A DNA stretch of 64,000 nt from a bacterium (GTDB lineage Bacteria > Patescibacteriota > Minisyncoccia > UBA6257 > 02-FULL-45-10c). The stretch covers positions 30,409 to 94,408 of the forward strand of contig JAUSKT010000014.1 of assembly GCA_030646915.1 (NCBI GenBank). Reading direction: 5' to 3'. This document shows positions 9,934 to 19,195 of this stretch, one piece after another (positions within the stretch are counted from its first letter, which is position 1; each line of letters starts with the position of its first letter). The notes under the pieces were generated by a model. It had not been told where the DNA came from. It ran no database searches and saw nothing but the letters and a program-made list of their open reading frames with translations. The position numbers and the translations under genes were made by a program.

Positions 9934-11182
9934 ATGAAATCGCGAAATTTGCTTTTTGTCGTTTTATTTTTTGTAAGTTTAATAAATCTGCCCCTTAATG
10001 ACCTGGCTCAGTCTTCCTCCGCTGCCATTTCCGTCCAGAATCCTAATTCTCTGAAACAACAAGATATTTATGTTTTAAGCGAAATCCTACTTCTGATTGA
10101 AAAAAATTATTATAAAGAAGTAAATATGGGTGAATGCGTACAGAAAATTATGAAAGGCGGAGTCTCGCGCTGTACTGATAGATATAGTTTTTATTTAAAT
10201 ATTGATGAAGTTAAGCTAGAGAAAGAAGAGCATGCTGGGCATTTTTATGGAGTAGGCATGCGCATGGCTCAGAAAACTGAAAAGGGGGAACATTATATTG
10301 TTATCCTGTCAGTTTTAAAAAATACCCCAGCTGAAAAAGCCGGACTTAAATCCGGGGATTATGTTGTTGCAGTTTCTTCTGATGGTATTAAGGAACATGC
10401 AGTTGGCGTTGAAAATTTAAATATGAATGAGCTGCTCGGATTAATCAGGGGAGATAAAGATAAAAGCCCTATTTTTATTAGAATTTATAGAAAAAAGGAA
10501 AATCAATCTTTAGAATTTAATTTGATTAGGGAAGATATAAAAATAGAAATTGTTTCTTCAAAAATTTTAGAGCCTAAAGTCGGATATGTAAGAGTTTCTG
10601 ATTTTTTTGGAGATTTAAGGAAAGATTTTTTAAGCGCAGTTATTAATTTAAAATCTCAAGGCGCGGAAGTTTTAGTATTAGATCTTCGTGATAATCCGGG
10701 CGGATTTCTTAGTTTCGCAGTACATTTAAGCGAACTTTTCCGAACAAGCAATTTTGGTTATGTTGTATATACTGTTGGGCGCGATCAGGTAAAAGAGCCA
10801 GTTAATTTATGGTCTGACGGGGCTTACGGATTTCCAATGGATAGAGGAAGATTTAAAATTAGTAGTTTTGACCAATGAGGGCAGCGCCAGCGCTTCAGAA
10901 ATCGTCACTGCTTATCTTAAAAATTATGCCGGAGCTAAAGTTGTCGGCAAGAAAACTTATGGCAAGGGCGTGGTGCAAAATCTTACTCCTTTAAATAATG
11001 GGGGAGAATTGCATCTGACAATTTCCGAATATTTAGTTGGACCGAATTTTGTTAAAGTGGACGGAGTTGGAGTTTCTCCGGATTATGAAGTAAATGAATC
11101 AACTTCAGCGGTCAAAGAAGAAGACAGTTTGCAATTAAAAAAGGCAATTGAAGTAGCGGAAGAAATGTTAAAACAAAAATAA
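9934..11182 (+). pseudogene. S41 family C-terminal processing peptidase, interrupted by a +1 frame change near 10845-10852
   Basis: track ORFs 9934..10878 (signal peptide, PDZ-like region) and 10868..11182 (TNEGSASASEIV catalytic Ser, TYGKG Lys) are two halves of one S41 peptidase; reading frame 2 backwards from 10868 gives EDLKLVVLTNEGSASASE, the expected continuous motif. Confidence 0.8.
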
Positions 11183-11190
11183 AAACTTAA

Positions 11191-11228
11191 GGCGAGCATT
11201 GACACTCGTCTTTTTAATTTGTTATTAT
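11191..11228 (+). promoter_or_regulatory. terminator-like hairpin with embedded candidate rpsL promoter
   Basis: GGCGAG-cattgaca-CTCGTC plus T5; loop contains TTGACA (11199-11204), 18 nt upstream of TATTAT (11223-11228); ATG at 11239 implies a very short leader. Confidence 0.4.
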
Positions 11229-11238
11229 ATATTTTATC

Positions 11239-11655
11239 ATGCCAACGATCAGACAGCTTCTAAAGGGAAGCAGAAAAACTAAAGTTTCTAAATCTAAATC
11301 CCCGGCGCTTGGGCGGTATTTTAATTACATTCAGAATCGCCCGGTAAAATCCAATTCTCCGTTTAAGCGGGGAGTGTGCCTTAAGGTTTTTACCACTACT
11401 CCTAAAAAACCAAACTCTGCTTTGCGTAAAGTAGCCAGAGTCCGTTTAACTAATGGAATGGAAGTGACTGCTTATATTCCGGGAGAAGGCCATAATTTGC
11501 AGGAACACTCCGTTGTTGTAATTCGCGGAGGCCGGGTAAAAGATTTGCCTGGAGTGCGTTATCATATTGTAAGAGGAGTTTTAGATACTGGCGGAGTAGA
11601 TGCAAGAAGACAGAAAAGGTCAAAATATGGAGCAAAAAGACCAAAGGCGGCATAA
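11239..11655 (+). CDS. rpsL: 30S ribosomal protein S12
   Basis: PTIRQLLKG start, [16 protein letters not shown] motif, str-operon position. Confidence 0.97.
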   Translation: MPTIRQLLKGSRKTKVSKSKSPALGRYFNYIQNRPVKSNSPFKRGVCLKVFTTTPKKPNSALRKVARVRLTNGMEVTAYIPGEGHNLQEHSVVVIRGGRVKDLPGVRYHIVRGVLDTGGVDARRQKRSKYGAKRPKAA

Positions 11656-11678
11656 TTAAAAGCAATATAATTTATGAG

Positions 11679-11782
11679 TCCCGTTAGAAAATTAATAAAT
11701 ATGTTTATATATAGCAATAATTTTATAGAGCAATATCGGAAGTCTTTAGTCGCAAAGACGTTTAATTTAATTTTCTAACGGG
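11679..11782 (+). repeat. start-codon palindromic element (MITE-like), copy 1, abutting rpsG ATG
   Basis: TCCCGTTAGAAAATTAA...TTAATTTTCTAACGGG terminal inverted repeat; flanked by ATGAG (11674-11678) and ATGAG (11783-11787); through-ORF 11674..11778. Confidence 0.85.
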
Positions 11783-12250
11783 ATGAGAAAAAAACGAAAT
11801 TATAAAAGAGACCACGAACCGGATTTAAATTATGGAAGCGTATTAATCGGCCGGTTTATTAATTATTTAATGGAAGACGGTAAAAAATTAGTTGCGGAGA
11901 AAGTGATGTATAAAGCTTTAGATGAAGTTAAAAAAGCAACCGGACAGGAGCCTTTGCAGGTTTTTGAAAAAGCAATGGAAAACGTGACGCCTATGGTGGA
12001 AGTTACTTCCAAAAGAGTTGGAGGCGCTAATTATCAAGTTCCCCGCGAAGTTCGGCAGGAAAGGAAATTTATGCTTGCTGCCCGCTGGATGATTGACGCA
12101 GCCAGGAAAAAAACCGGAAAACCAATGTCAGCCCGGCTTGCGGAAGAATTGGTGCTTGCCTCTAAAAATGAAGGTTCTGCGATTAAAAAGAAATTAGATA
12201 CTCATAGAATGGCAGAAGCTAACCGGGCATTTGCTCATTTTGCTAGATAA
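11783..12250 (+). CDS. rpsG: 30S ribosomal protein S7
   Basis: 155 aa with the S7 signature region (VEVTSKRVGGANYQVP), str-operon position. Confidence 0.95.
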   Translation: MRKKRNYKRDHEPDLNYGSVLIGRFINYLMEDGKKLVAEKVMYKALDEVKKATGQEPLQVFEKAMENVTPMVEVTSKRVGGANYQVPREVRQERKFMLAARWMIDAARKKTGKPMSARLAEELVLASKNEGSAIKKKLDTHRMAEANRAFAHFAR

Positions 12251-12256
12251 CCAGCT

Positions 12257-12664
12257 ATGAAAGAAAATACAGCGTCTCCTGAAAAAAAAGCAGAACAAAA
12301 ATCATCGAAACTTGTTCTTCAAAAAGTTTTCGAAAAATTTAGAAAAAGATCTGATGATCCTAAATATCCTTATAAAGAACAGCATAAATTAGCTGGGAAG
12401 CCTGAAACATCTCAAGAATTTATTGAAAGTAAAGAAGATAAAAAACACATTTCTCCTATCTGGGGAGTGTTGCTAACGACAGAGATGTTTTTAAAATCTG
12501 AAGAAGCCAAGCACATTTCAGAAATAGAAAAGAGAGAATTATTAAATAAAAAAAATGATTTATTAGAAGACCTAAAAAGAGCCAGGCAAAAAGAAAATAT
12601 TTCTGATGAATTATTAGCTAAGGTATCGGGTTTTATGGACGAAGTAGAAAGTTATCTTAAGTAA
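12257..12664 (+). CDS. hypothetical Lys/Glu-rich protein inserted between rpsG and fusA
   Basis: 135-aa ORF starting 6 nt after rpsG stop; no family recognised. Confidence 0.5.
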   Translation: MKENTASPEKKAEQKSSKLVLQKVFEKFRKRSDDPKYPYKEQHKLAGKPETSQEFIESKEDKKHISPIWGVLLTTEMFLKSEEAKHISEIEKRELLNKKNDLLEDLKRARQKENISDELLAKVSGFMDEVESYLK

Positions 12665-12684
12665 AAATCAATTTTAAATAAATT

Positions 12685-14787
12685 ATGCCAAGACAATATC
12701 CGATTGAAAAAACCAGAGATATCGGGATTATCGCCCATATCGACGCCGGGAAAACTACCGTTTCAGAACGGATTCTTTTTTATACAGGAGTTTCCCATAA
12801 AATCGGCGAGGTGCACGAAGGAGACACAGTAATGGATTGGATGGAGCAAGAGCGTGAACGGGGCATTACGATTACTTCTGCCGCTACCACTTGTTTTTGG
12901 ACGCCTACTTATCATCATGGCGATAAAAAATTTGAGCACCGGATTAATTTGATTGATACTCCGGGACATATTGATTTTACTGTTGAAGTAAAAAGATCGC
13001 TTCGGGTTTTGGACGGCGCAGTAGTGGTATTTGACGGAGTTTCCGGAGTGGAACCGCAGTCGGAAACTAACTGGCGTTATGCGGATGAATATAAAGTTCC
13101 AAGGCTTTGTTTTATTAATAAATTAGATAGGACTGGCGCAAGTTTTGAGGGAAGCTATAAATCTATTTTAGATAGGCTGACTTTAAATGCTATGCCAATT
13201 CAGCTTCCAATCGGATTGGAAAGCAATTTTGAAGGAATCGTGGATCTTTTAAAAATGAAAGCTTATCGGTTTGAAGGAGATAAGGGCGAAAAGATAATTG
13301 AGGGAGAAATTCCGGCATCAATGCTTGAAGAGGCAAAAAAACGGCGCCATGAATTAATTGAAAAAGTGATTGAACAAGACGATGAATTAATGGCGCGTTA
13401 TCTTGAAGGCAAAGAGCCGGATTTGGAATCTCTAAAAAAGACTTTGCGCAAAGCCACGATTGCGAATACTATAGTTCCGGTAGTTTGCGGTTCAGCATTA
13501 AAAAATAAAGGAGTTCAGCTGGTTTTGGACGCAGTAGTGGATTATCTTCCGTCTCCGGCGGATGTGCCTCCGGTAAAAGGAATTAATCCGAATAATGGCG
13601 AAGAAATAACCAGAGAGCCGAAAGATGACGGACCGATTGCAGCGCTGGCTTTTAAAATCGCTTCCGATCCGTTTGTGGGAAGTTTAACTTTCTTCAGAGT
13701 TTATTCCGGCACGGTAAAACGGGGCAGTTATATTTTAAATTCCACTAAAGGAGATAAGGAAAGAATCGGCCGGATGGTTCGGATGCACGCAAACCATCGG
13801 GAAGAAGTGGAAGAAGTTTATGCCGGAGATTTGGGCGCGATTGTCGGATTAAAAAATACCACTACCGGAGACAGCCTTTGTGATGAAGAAAATCCGATTA
13901 TTTTAGAAAAAATTATTTTTCCAGAACCGGTTATTTCTTTGCGTATTGATCCAAAAACCAAAGCCGACCAGGAAAAAATGGGTATTGCGCTTCGCCGTTT
14001 AGGAGAAGAAGACCCAACTTTTCGGGTTACTGGAGATGCGGAAACTGGGGAAACTATTATTTGGGGCATGGGCGAATTGCATTTGGAAATTATCGTTGAC
14101 CGGATGAAGCGGGAATTTGGCGTGCTTGTTAATACTGGCCGCCCGCAGGTTGCTTATAGGGAAACTATACGATCTGAAGCAGAAGCTGAAGGAAAATATA
14201 TCAAGCAATCCGGAGGCAAGGGACAATACGGCCATGTGCGATTGCGCGTTGAGCCGATGGAGCGCGGAAAAGGATTTGAATTTATTGATGACATTAAAGG
14301 AGGTTCGATTCCTAAAGAATTTATCAAACCAGTTGAAAAGGGCATTATTGAAGCTATGGCAAAAGGAGTTGTTGCCGGCTATGCATTAAATGATATGAGA
14401 GTTACTTTATATGATGGTTCTTACCACGAAGTTGATTCGTCTGAATCTGCTTTTAAAATTGCCGGTTCTATGGCTTTGCAGGAAGCAGCCAGGCGGGCTA
14501 AGCCGGTTTTACTTGAGCCGATTATGAAAGTCCAGACTTTGGTTCCATCGGAATTTATGGGAGATATTACCGGTGACATCAGTTCCAAGCGAGGAAAAAT
14601 TGAAGCAATGACAGATCGCGCAAATATTAAAGTAATTGATTCTCAGGTTCCGCTTTCAGAAATGTTCGGTTATGCAACAAAGCTTCGCTCTATGTCTCAA
14701 GGCCGCGGCAACTTTACTATGGAATTTGATCATTACGAAGAAACGCCGAATAATGTTGCAGAGCTTATAAAAGAAGGTAAAAAATAG
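12685..14787 (+). CDS. fusA: elongation factor G
   Basis: 700 aa; [18 protein letters not shown] GTPase motifs and full EF-G domain complement. Confidence 0.97.
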   Translation: MPRQYPIEKTRDIGIIAHIDAGKTTVSERILFYTGVSHKIGEVHEGDTVMDWMEQERERGITITSAATTCFWTPTYHHGDKKFEHRINLIDTPGHIDFTVEVKRSLRVLDGAVVVFDGVSGVEPQSETNWRYADEYKVPRLCFINKLDRTGASFEGSYKSILDRLTLNAMPIQLPIGLESNFEGIVDLLKMKAYRFEGDKGEKIIEGEIPASMLEEAKKRRHELIEKVIEQDDELMARYLEGKEPDLESLKKTLRKATIANTIVPVVCGSALKNKGVQLVLDAVVDYLPSPADVPPVKGINPNNGEEITREPKDDGPIAALAFKIASDPFVGSLTFFRVYSGTVKRGSYILNSTKGDKERIGRMVRMHANHREEVEEVYAGDLGAIVGLKNTTTGDSLCDEENPIILEKIIFPEPVISLRIDPKTKADQEKMGIALRRLGEEDPTFRVTGDAETGETIIWGMGELHLEIIVDRMKREFGVLVNTGRPQVAYRETIRSEAEAEGKYIKQSGGKGQYGHVRLRVEPMERGKGFEFIDDIKGGSIPKEFIKPVEKGIIEAMAKGVVAGYALNDMRVTLYDGSYHEVDSSESAFKIAGSMALQEAARRAKPVLLEPIMKVQTLVPSEFMGDITGDISSKRGKIEAMTDRANIKVIDSQVPLSEMFGYATKLRSMSQGRGNFTMEFDHYEETPNNVAELIKEGKK

Positions 14788-14962
14788 CTCGACTTTCGGT
14801 TTCCTCAAGAACGCTGCTTCGTCAGAAACAAAACTAATTCACTCATAGCATAAAAATTTCGCCCTAGTCATTCTTCCTGGGCACCTGAAATTTTTACTAC
14901 TCGCTCAAAGTTTTGTAATCTGCCTACGCAATGTTCTTTCAGAAAGAAAGTCTCGCTTGTTG
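14788..14962 (+). repeat. post-stop structured repeat, family C (large imperfect inverted repeat)
   Basis: starts directly after fusA TAG; left arm 14788-14836 is the imperfect reverse complement of 14909-14956; nested AAAAATTTC/GAAATTTTT stem; right arm resembles 29611-29685. Confidence 0.7.
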
Positions 14963-14988
14963 GATAAATTTTTACTATAACGCATTGC

Positions 14989-15160
14989 AGTACTACGCCT
15001 AGGTGTAGTACTGGACAAGTGAAGCTTTAAATATAAAAAACCCCCAGACTTTAGTCCGTGGATAGTTGGCATATCCCGCACTACACCTAGGTGTAGTGCG
15101 GGATAAGTGAAGCTTATGATATCAAAGAAACCGCGGCCGTAAGGCCGCGGAGTTTCACTT
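14989..15160. other. two tandem hairpin+AAGTGAAGCTT units followed by a GNRA-capped GC hairpin (candidate small RNA or protein-binding module)
   Basis: hairpin 14989-15012 and perfect 32-nt palindrome 15073-15104 share core ACTACRCCTAGGTGTAGT; each is followed by AAGTGAAGCTT (15017-15027, 15105-15115); CCGCGGCC-GTAA-GGCCGCGG at 15131-15150; AAGTGAA can pair with TTCACTT at 15154-15160. Confidence 0.5.
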
Positions 15161-15165
15161 AAATT

Positions 15166-15196
15166 AAAAAAACCGCTTTTCAGCGGTTTTGTTTTT
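15166..15196. terminator. bidirectional rho-independent terminator
   Basis: A7-ACCGC-TTTTCA-GCGGT-TTTGTTTTT; U-runs on both strands; overlaps the stop of the minus-strand CPBP-like gene. Confidence 0.75.
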
Positions 15197-15878
15197 CATA
15201 AGTGTAGTAGCCCGGGCCGACTCTCATATTGTGATGCCAGTCATTTGGCAAAGAATAGCTTACGGTTAATCCTAGAATTGCGTGTAATAATGCCAAAAGA
15301 TACACATTTCGCAATTGTTTATTAGGATTCAGAAAAAAATACGAGCAAAGAGTTCCGCCGAAAAAAGTTACTGGCATAAGCACTGGATTTGGCAAATGAG
15401 TAATTGCGAAAAGCAATCCGGTAATTAAAGCAGAAATAAATCTTTTATTAATAACACTGTTAATTTGATTTCCGAAATAACCATTTAGTATTATTTGCTG
15501 GAATAGCGCCCAAATAGAATAGCCCAGCAGATTTCCTGCAAAAAGAGCAAAATTTACTGGAAAATTATTTTGAATAAAAGAAAAAAAATTTGCCAGAAAG
15601 TCTGGATTATAAATTTCTGCGATTAAGGTAATAATTCTCCCAAAAAATACGGAAATGACTATTACTGGCAGGCGATCTATCACGGAATCTTTTGGCGACA
15701 AGCCCAGATTTTTCTTCAGAGTTTTCCAGGATGTTCCATTAGTCAGCCAAAGCCGACGTCCGACGTATAAAGACAGGGACAAGTAAAAAAATAATTTATA
15801 TGGCAGAATCCACATTGCCAAATTCACAATTAAGAATACTGCTATCAGTTCTATTGTTGTGGCGATTGGGCTAAGCAC
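15180..15878 (-). CDS. CPBP-family-like membrane protein (catalytic EE replaced by QQ)
   Basis: 232 aa polytopic; FAITH (FxxxH) and LLHAILG motifs present, but the EExxxR position reads QQIILNG. Confidence 0.5.
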   Translation of the reverse strand: MLSPIATTIELIAVFLIVNLAMWILPYKLFFYLSLSLYVGRRLWLTNGTSWKTLKKNLGLSPKDSVIDRLPVIVISVFFGRIITLIAEIYNPDFLANFFSFIQNNFPVNFALFAGNLLGYSIWALFQQIILNGYFGNQINSVINKRFISALITGLLFAITHLPNPVLMPVTFFGGTLCSYFFLNPNKQLRNVYLLALLHAILGLTVSYSLPNDWHHNMRVGPGYYTYEKQNR

Positions 15879-15974
15879 TTTCTGTATTTATTGTTGTATA
15901 GATCTAGGTCAAAATTAGCAATTTAAGACGGTTTTGTAAATCCCCGTACCTTATTTATGCACAATTTTAGCCCC

Positions 15975-16004
15975 TTGACAGATTTTATGGCTTTCGGCTA
16001 TAAT
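15975..16004 (+). promoter_or_regulatory. sigma70-type promoter for tuf
   Basis: TTGACA (15975-15980), 18-nt spacer, TATAAT (15999-16004); ~95-nt leader containing a CTGGCGGC...GCCGCTGG hairpin. Confidence 0.65.
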
Positions 16005-16102
16005 ATTTTGTATTACGCGTCGAGAGCAATTATATTAAAAATTATAAAAATTAAATTTAATTAACTGGCGGCATGGCTTAAAAGCCGCTGGGAAATAAGA
16101 CT

Positions 16103-17302
16103 ATGGCAGAAAAAGCCAAATTCGAACGAAAAAAGCCGCACGTAAACGTCGGCACAATCGGACACGTCGACCACGGTAAAACTACTTTAACCGCGGCTAT
16201 TACACACATCGCTTTTTTAAAAGGTTGGGCATCAAAAGAAGAGCGGGTAGATCAAATTGATAATGCTCCGGAAGAAAAAGCCCGCGGTATTACAATTGCT
16301 TTGCACCATTCAGAATATGAATCCGAAAAGCGCCACTATGCGCACGTGGATGCTCCAGGCCACGCAGATTACATTAAAAACATGATTACCGGCGCTGCCC
16401 AGATGGACGGCGCTATTATAGTAGTTTCCGCAGCAGACGGCCCAATGCCTCAAACTCGAGAGCATATTTTGCTTGCCCGCCAAGTCGGCGTGCCAGCTTT
16501 GGTTGTATTCTTGAATAAAGTGGATATGGTAGACGACCTAGAATTAGTTGATTTAGTTGAATCAGAAGTAAGGGAACTTTTAAAGAAATATGAATTTCCT
16601 GGTGATACTACGCCAGTTATCCGAGGTTCAGCCTTAAAAGCTTTGGAAACAAAATCAGCCGATTCTCCGGAAGCAAAGCCGATTTTAGATTTAATGAAAG
16701 CTTTAGATGAATTTATTCCGGACCCAGTTCGAGATACCAGCAAGCCTTTTCTTATGCCTATTGAGGATATTTTCTCAATTGAAGGCCGTGGCACAGTGGT
16801 TACTGGCAGAATAGAAAGAGGAATCGTTAAGATTAATGAAGAAATTGAAGTTGTCGGACTTACGCCAACTATGAAAACTGTTGTTACCGGCATTGAAATG
16901 TTTAATAAGCTTTTAGATGAAGGCCGAGCTGGCGATAATGTGGGTATCTTGCTTAGGGGTTTGAAAAAAGAAGACGTTCAAAGAGGTCAAGTTTTGACAA
17001 AGCCAGGCTCAGTTACTCCTCATACTGATTTTGAAACTGAAGTTTATGTGCTTAGTAAAGAAGAAGGCGGCCGCCACACCCCATTTTTCAAGGGTTATAA
17101 GCCTCAATTTTATATCCGAACTACTGATGTTACCGGTGAAGTAATTTTGCCGGAAGGTATGGAAATGGTAATGCCTGGCGACACTGTCAAGCTTACTGTT
17201 AAGTTAATTGCTCCTGTAGCTCTCGAAGAAAAACAGCGCTTTGCTATCCGCGAAGGAGGCAAAACGGTGGGAGCGGGAGTAGTTCTAAAGATTCAGAAAT
17301 AA
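16103..17302 (+). CDS. tuf: elongation factor Tu
   Basis: 399 aa; [19 protein letters not shown] motifs. Confidence 0.98.
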   Translation: MAEKAKFERKKPHVNVGTIGHVDHGKTTLTAAITHIAFLKGWASKEERVDQIDNAPEEKARGITIALHHSEYESEKRHYAHVDAPGHADYIKNMITGAAQMDGAIIVVSAADGPMPQTREHILLARQVGVPALVVFLNKVDMVDDLELVDLVESEVRELLKKYEFPGDTTPVIRGSALKALETKSADSPEAKPILDLMKALDEFIPDPVRDTSKPFLMPIEDIFSIEGRGTVVTGRIERGIVKINEEIEVVGLTPTMKTVVTGIEMFNKLLDEGRAGDNVGILLRGLKKEDVQRGQVLTKPGSVTPHTDFETEVYVLSKEEGGRHTPFFKGYKPQFYIRTTDVTGEVILPEGMEMVMPGDTVKLTVKLIAPVALEEKQRFAIREGGKTVGAGVVLKIQK

Positions 17303-17329
17303 TAGAATCTTTATAGTTATCAGCCATTT

Positions 17330-17656
17330 ATGGCAAAAAAAGAAATTGAAAAAGAAAAATTGAGATTAAAGATAAAGGCCTACGATCATAAATTGATTGA
17401 TAATTCTTGCCGGCAAATTATTGATACGGCTAAGCGCCATGACGCAGAAGTTATTGGCCCGATTCCATTGCCAACAGAATTAAAAAAGTATACAGTCAAC
17501 CGGTCAACCTTTGTCCATAAAGATTCTAGAGAACAGTTTGAATTGCGGGTTCATAAGCGTTTAGTGGATATATTGAATCCTAATCAAAAGATCATAGAAT
17601 CTTTATCAAATCTTAATTTACCTGCAGGAGTTGATATCGAAATCAAAATGGTGTAA
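17330..17656 (+). CDS. rpsJ: 30S ribosomal protein S10
   Basis: 108 aa; [16 protein letters not shown] and the FELRVHKRL region typical of S10. Confidence 0.95.
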   Translation: MAKKEIEKEKLRLKIKAYDHKLIDNSCRQIIDTAKRHDAEVIGPIPLPTELKKYTVNRSTFVHKDSREQFELRVHKRLVDILNPNQKIIESLSNLNLPAGVDIEIKMV

Positions 17657-17697
17657 GATATCAATTACCATAAGGAGATAGCCAAATCATTATAAAA

Positions 17698-17728
17698 ATA
17701 ATTCGAGGCTACCTCGGATTATTTTTTT
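17698..17728 (+). terminator. intrinsic-terminator-like hairpin between rpsJ and rplC (possible attenuator)
   Basis: 11-bp stem ATAATTCGAGG-CTA-CCTCGGATTAT (one G-U pair) followed by T6. Confidence 0.55.
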
Positions 17729-17744
17729 AGAAAAATTATAAAAA

Positions 17745-18170
17745 ATGGAAAAAATACAAGCTAAAAAATTAAAAATGACTCAAATTTGGAAAGGCGACAA
17801 AGTCTTTCCTGTTTCTCCATTGCAATTGAAAGATGCTACTCAATTGGATTTATTCAAAGAAGGGGATCAAGTAAAAGTAACTGGAGTGACTAAGGGACAT
17901 GGCTTTCAAGGTGTGGTTAAGCGCTGGAGTTTTGCTGGCGGACCAAAAACCCATGGTCAGAAAAATCGTTATCGATCCCCTGGATCAATTGGCAGCACTG
18001 CTCCGCAAAGAGTTGTCCCGGGAAGAAAAATGGCTGGCCGAATGGGAGGAAATCAGAAGACCATTCGAAATTTAAAAGTAGTAGAGTTAGATAAAAATAC
18101 TGGAAAGCTTTTTGTGCGCGGTTCAGTTCCCGGCAATACAAATTCAAAAGTTTTAATAGCTAAATCTTGA
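17745..18170 (+). CDS. rplC: 50S ribosomal protein L3 (short form, 141 aa)
   Basis: KKLKMTQIW N-terminus, TKGHGFQGVVKRWSF and GSIGSTAPQRVVPGRKMAGRMG motifs; lacks about 60-70 residues of the central region found in typical ~210-aa L3. Confidence 0.88.
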   Translation: MEKIQAKKLKMTQIWKGDKVFPVSPLQLKDATQLDLFKEGDQVKVTGVTKGHGFQGVVKRWSFAGGPKTHGQKNRYRSPGSIGSTAPQRVVPGRKMAGRMGGNQKTIRNLKVVELDKNTGKLFVRGSVPGNTNSKVLIAKS

Positions 18171-18176
18171 TTTTTT

Positions 18177-18788
18177 ATGAACACGCTCAAAGTTTACAAT
18201 CAAGAAGGCAATGTTACTGGTGATTTATCCGCGCCGGCATTTTTGTCTTTGCCTTCAAATGTTGCTTTAATGCACCAAGTTTTTAAATCTATAGCGGCGA
18301 ATTTGCGCAAGCCAGTTGCTCATACTAAAAATAGAAGCGAGGTAAGCGGCGGCGGTATCAAACCTTGGAAACAAAAAGGAACTGGCCGAGCCAGACACGG
18401 TTCTATTCGTTCTCCGCTTTGGCGCCATGGCGGAGTTACTCACGGACCAAGAAATACAACTGATTTTTCCCAAAAAATTAATAAAAAAATGGCTAAAAAA
18501 GCTTTACAACTTGCTTTAGGAGAAAAGTTTAAAGCTGATCAGTTAATGGTAGTCAATGATCTTTTGCCGAAAGAAATGAAGACCAAATTTTTAGCTAGAA
18601 CAGTTAAAAATCTTATTGGCGATAAATCGGCGCTTTTAGTAGTTTCTCAGGAGGATAAAAATTTACTCCGGTCTTCTAAAAATCTTCCAAATGCAAAAAC
18701 AATTTTCGTTAAAGATTTGAATGTTTATGAAGTGTTAAATCATAAATATATTTTAATGGATAAAAAGGCTATGGAAAGTTTTAAATAA
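18177..18788 (+). CDS. rplD: 50S ribosomal protein L4
   Basis: 203 aa; KPWKQKGTGRARHGSIRSPLWRHGG motif; operon order. Confidence 0.93.
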   Translation: MNTLKVYNQEGNVTGDLSAPAFLSLPSNVALMHQVFKSIAANLRKPVAHTKNRSEVSGGGIKPWKQKGTGRARHGSIRSPLWRHGGVTHGPRNTTDFSQKINKKMAKKALQLALGEKFKADQLMVVNDLLPKEMKTKFLARTVKNLIGDKSALLVVSQEDKNLLRSSKNLPNAKTIFVKDLNVYEVLNHKYILMDKKAMESFK

Positions 18789-18794
18789 AATGGA

Positions 18795-18898
18795 TCCTGT
18801 TAGAAAATTAATAACTATGTTTAATCATATCCAAAATTTTATAGAGCAATATCAGAAGTCTTCAGTCGGCAAGATGTTTAATTTAATTTTCTAACGGG
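18795..18898 (+). repeat. start-codon palindromic element, copy 2, abutting rplW ATG
   Basis: TCCTGTTAGAAAATTAA...TTAATTTTCTAACGGG; flanked by ATGGA (18790-18794) and ATGGA (18899-18903); through-ORF 18790..18894. Confidence 0.85.
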
Positions 18899-19177
18899 AT
18901 GGACAAATTTTTAATAAAAAAACCTATTGTTACTGAAAAATCTACTGATCTTGGCGCTTTAAATAAGTATGTTTTTTTGGTTGACGAAAAAATTACTAAA
19001 TCGGAGGCCAAAAAAGTTTTAGAAAAAATTTATAATGTTCAGATACTAAGAACAAATGTTATTAATGTTAAAGGCAAGACCCGCCGATTAGGCAATAACG
19101 TTGGCATTAAGCCTGGATATAAAAAAATTATCGCGACTCTTGCAAAAGGCCAAAAATTAGATATATTACCGCAATAG
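18899..19177 (+). CDS. rplW: 50S ribosomal protein L23
   Basis: 92 aa; PIVTEKS start region and operon order. Confidence 0.9.
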   Translation: MDKFLIKKPIVTEKSTDLGALNKYVFLVDEKITKSEAKKVLEKIYNVQILRTNVINVKGKTRRLGNNVGIKPGYKKIIATLAKGQKLDILPQ

Positions 19178-19195
19178 TTAAATAAGCCAGTATTT

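Noticed and set aside
10868-11182. Track ORF with a TTG start could be an independent 104-aa gene.
   Set aside because: Its upstream in-frame sequence continues the S41 peptidase strand (EDLKLVVLTNEG). It is the C-terminal half of the frameshifted peptidase.
14989-15115. The two hairpin units could be a minimal CRISPR array, or tandem operators for a dimeric repressor.
   Set aside because: There are only two units and no cas genes. They lie downstream of two convergent genes with no promoter to regulate. Kept as an unexplained structured module instead.
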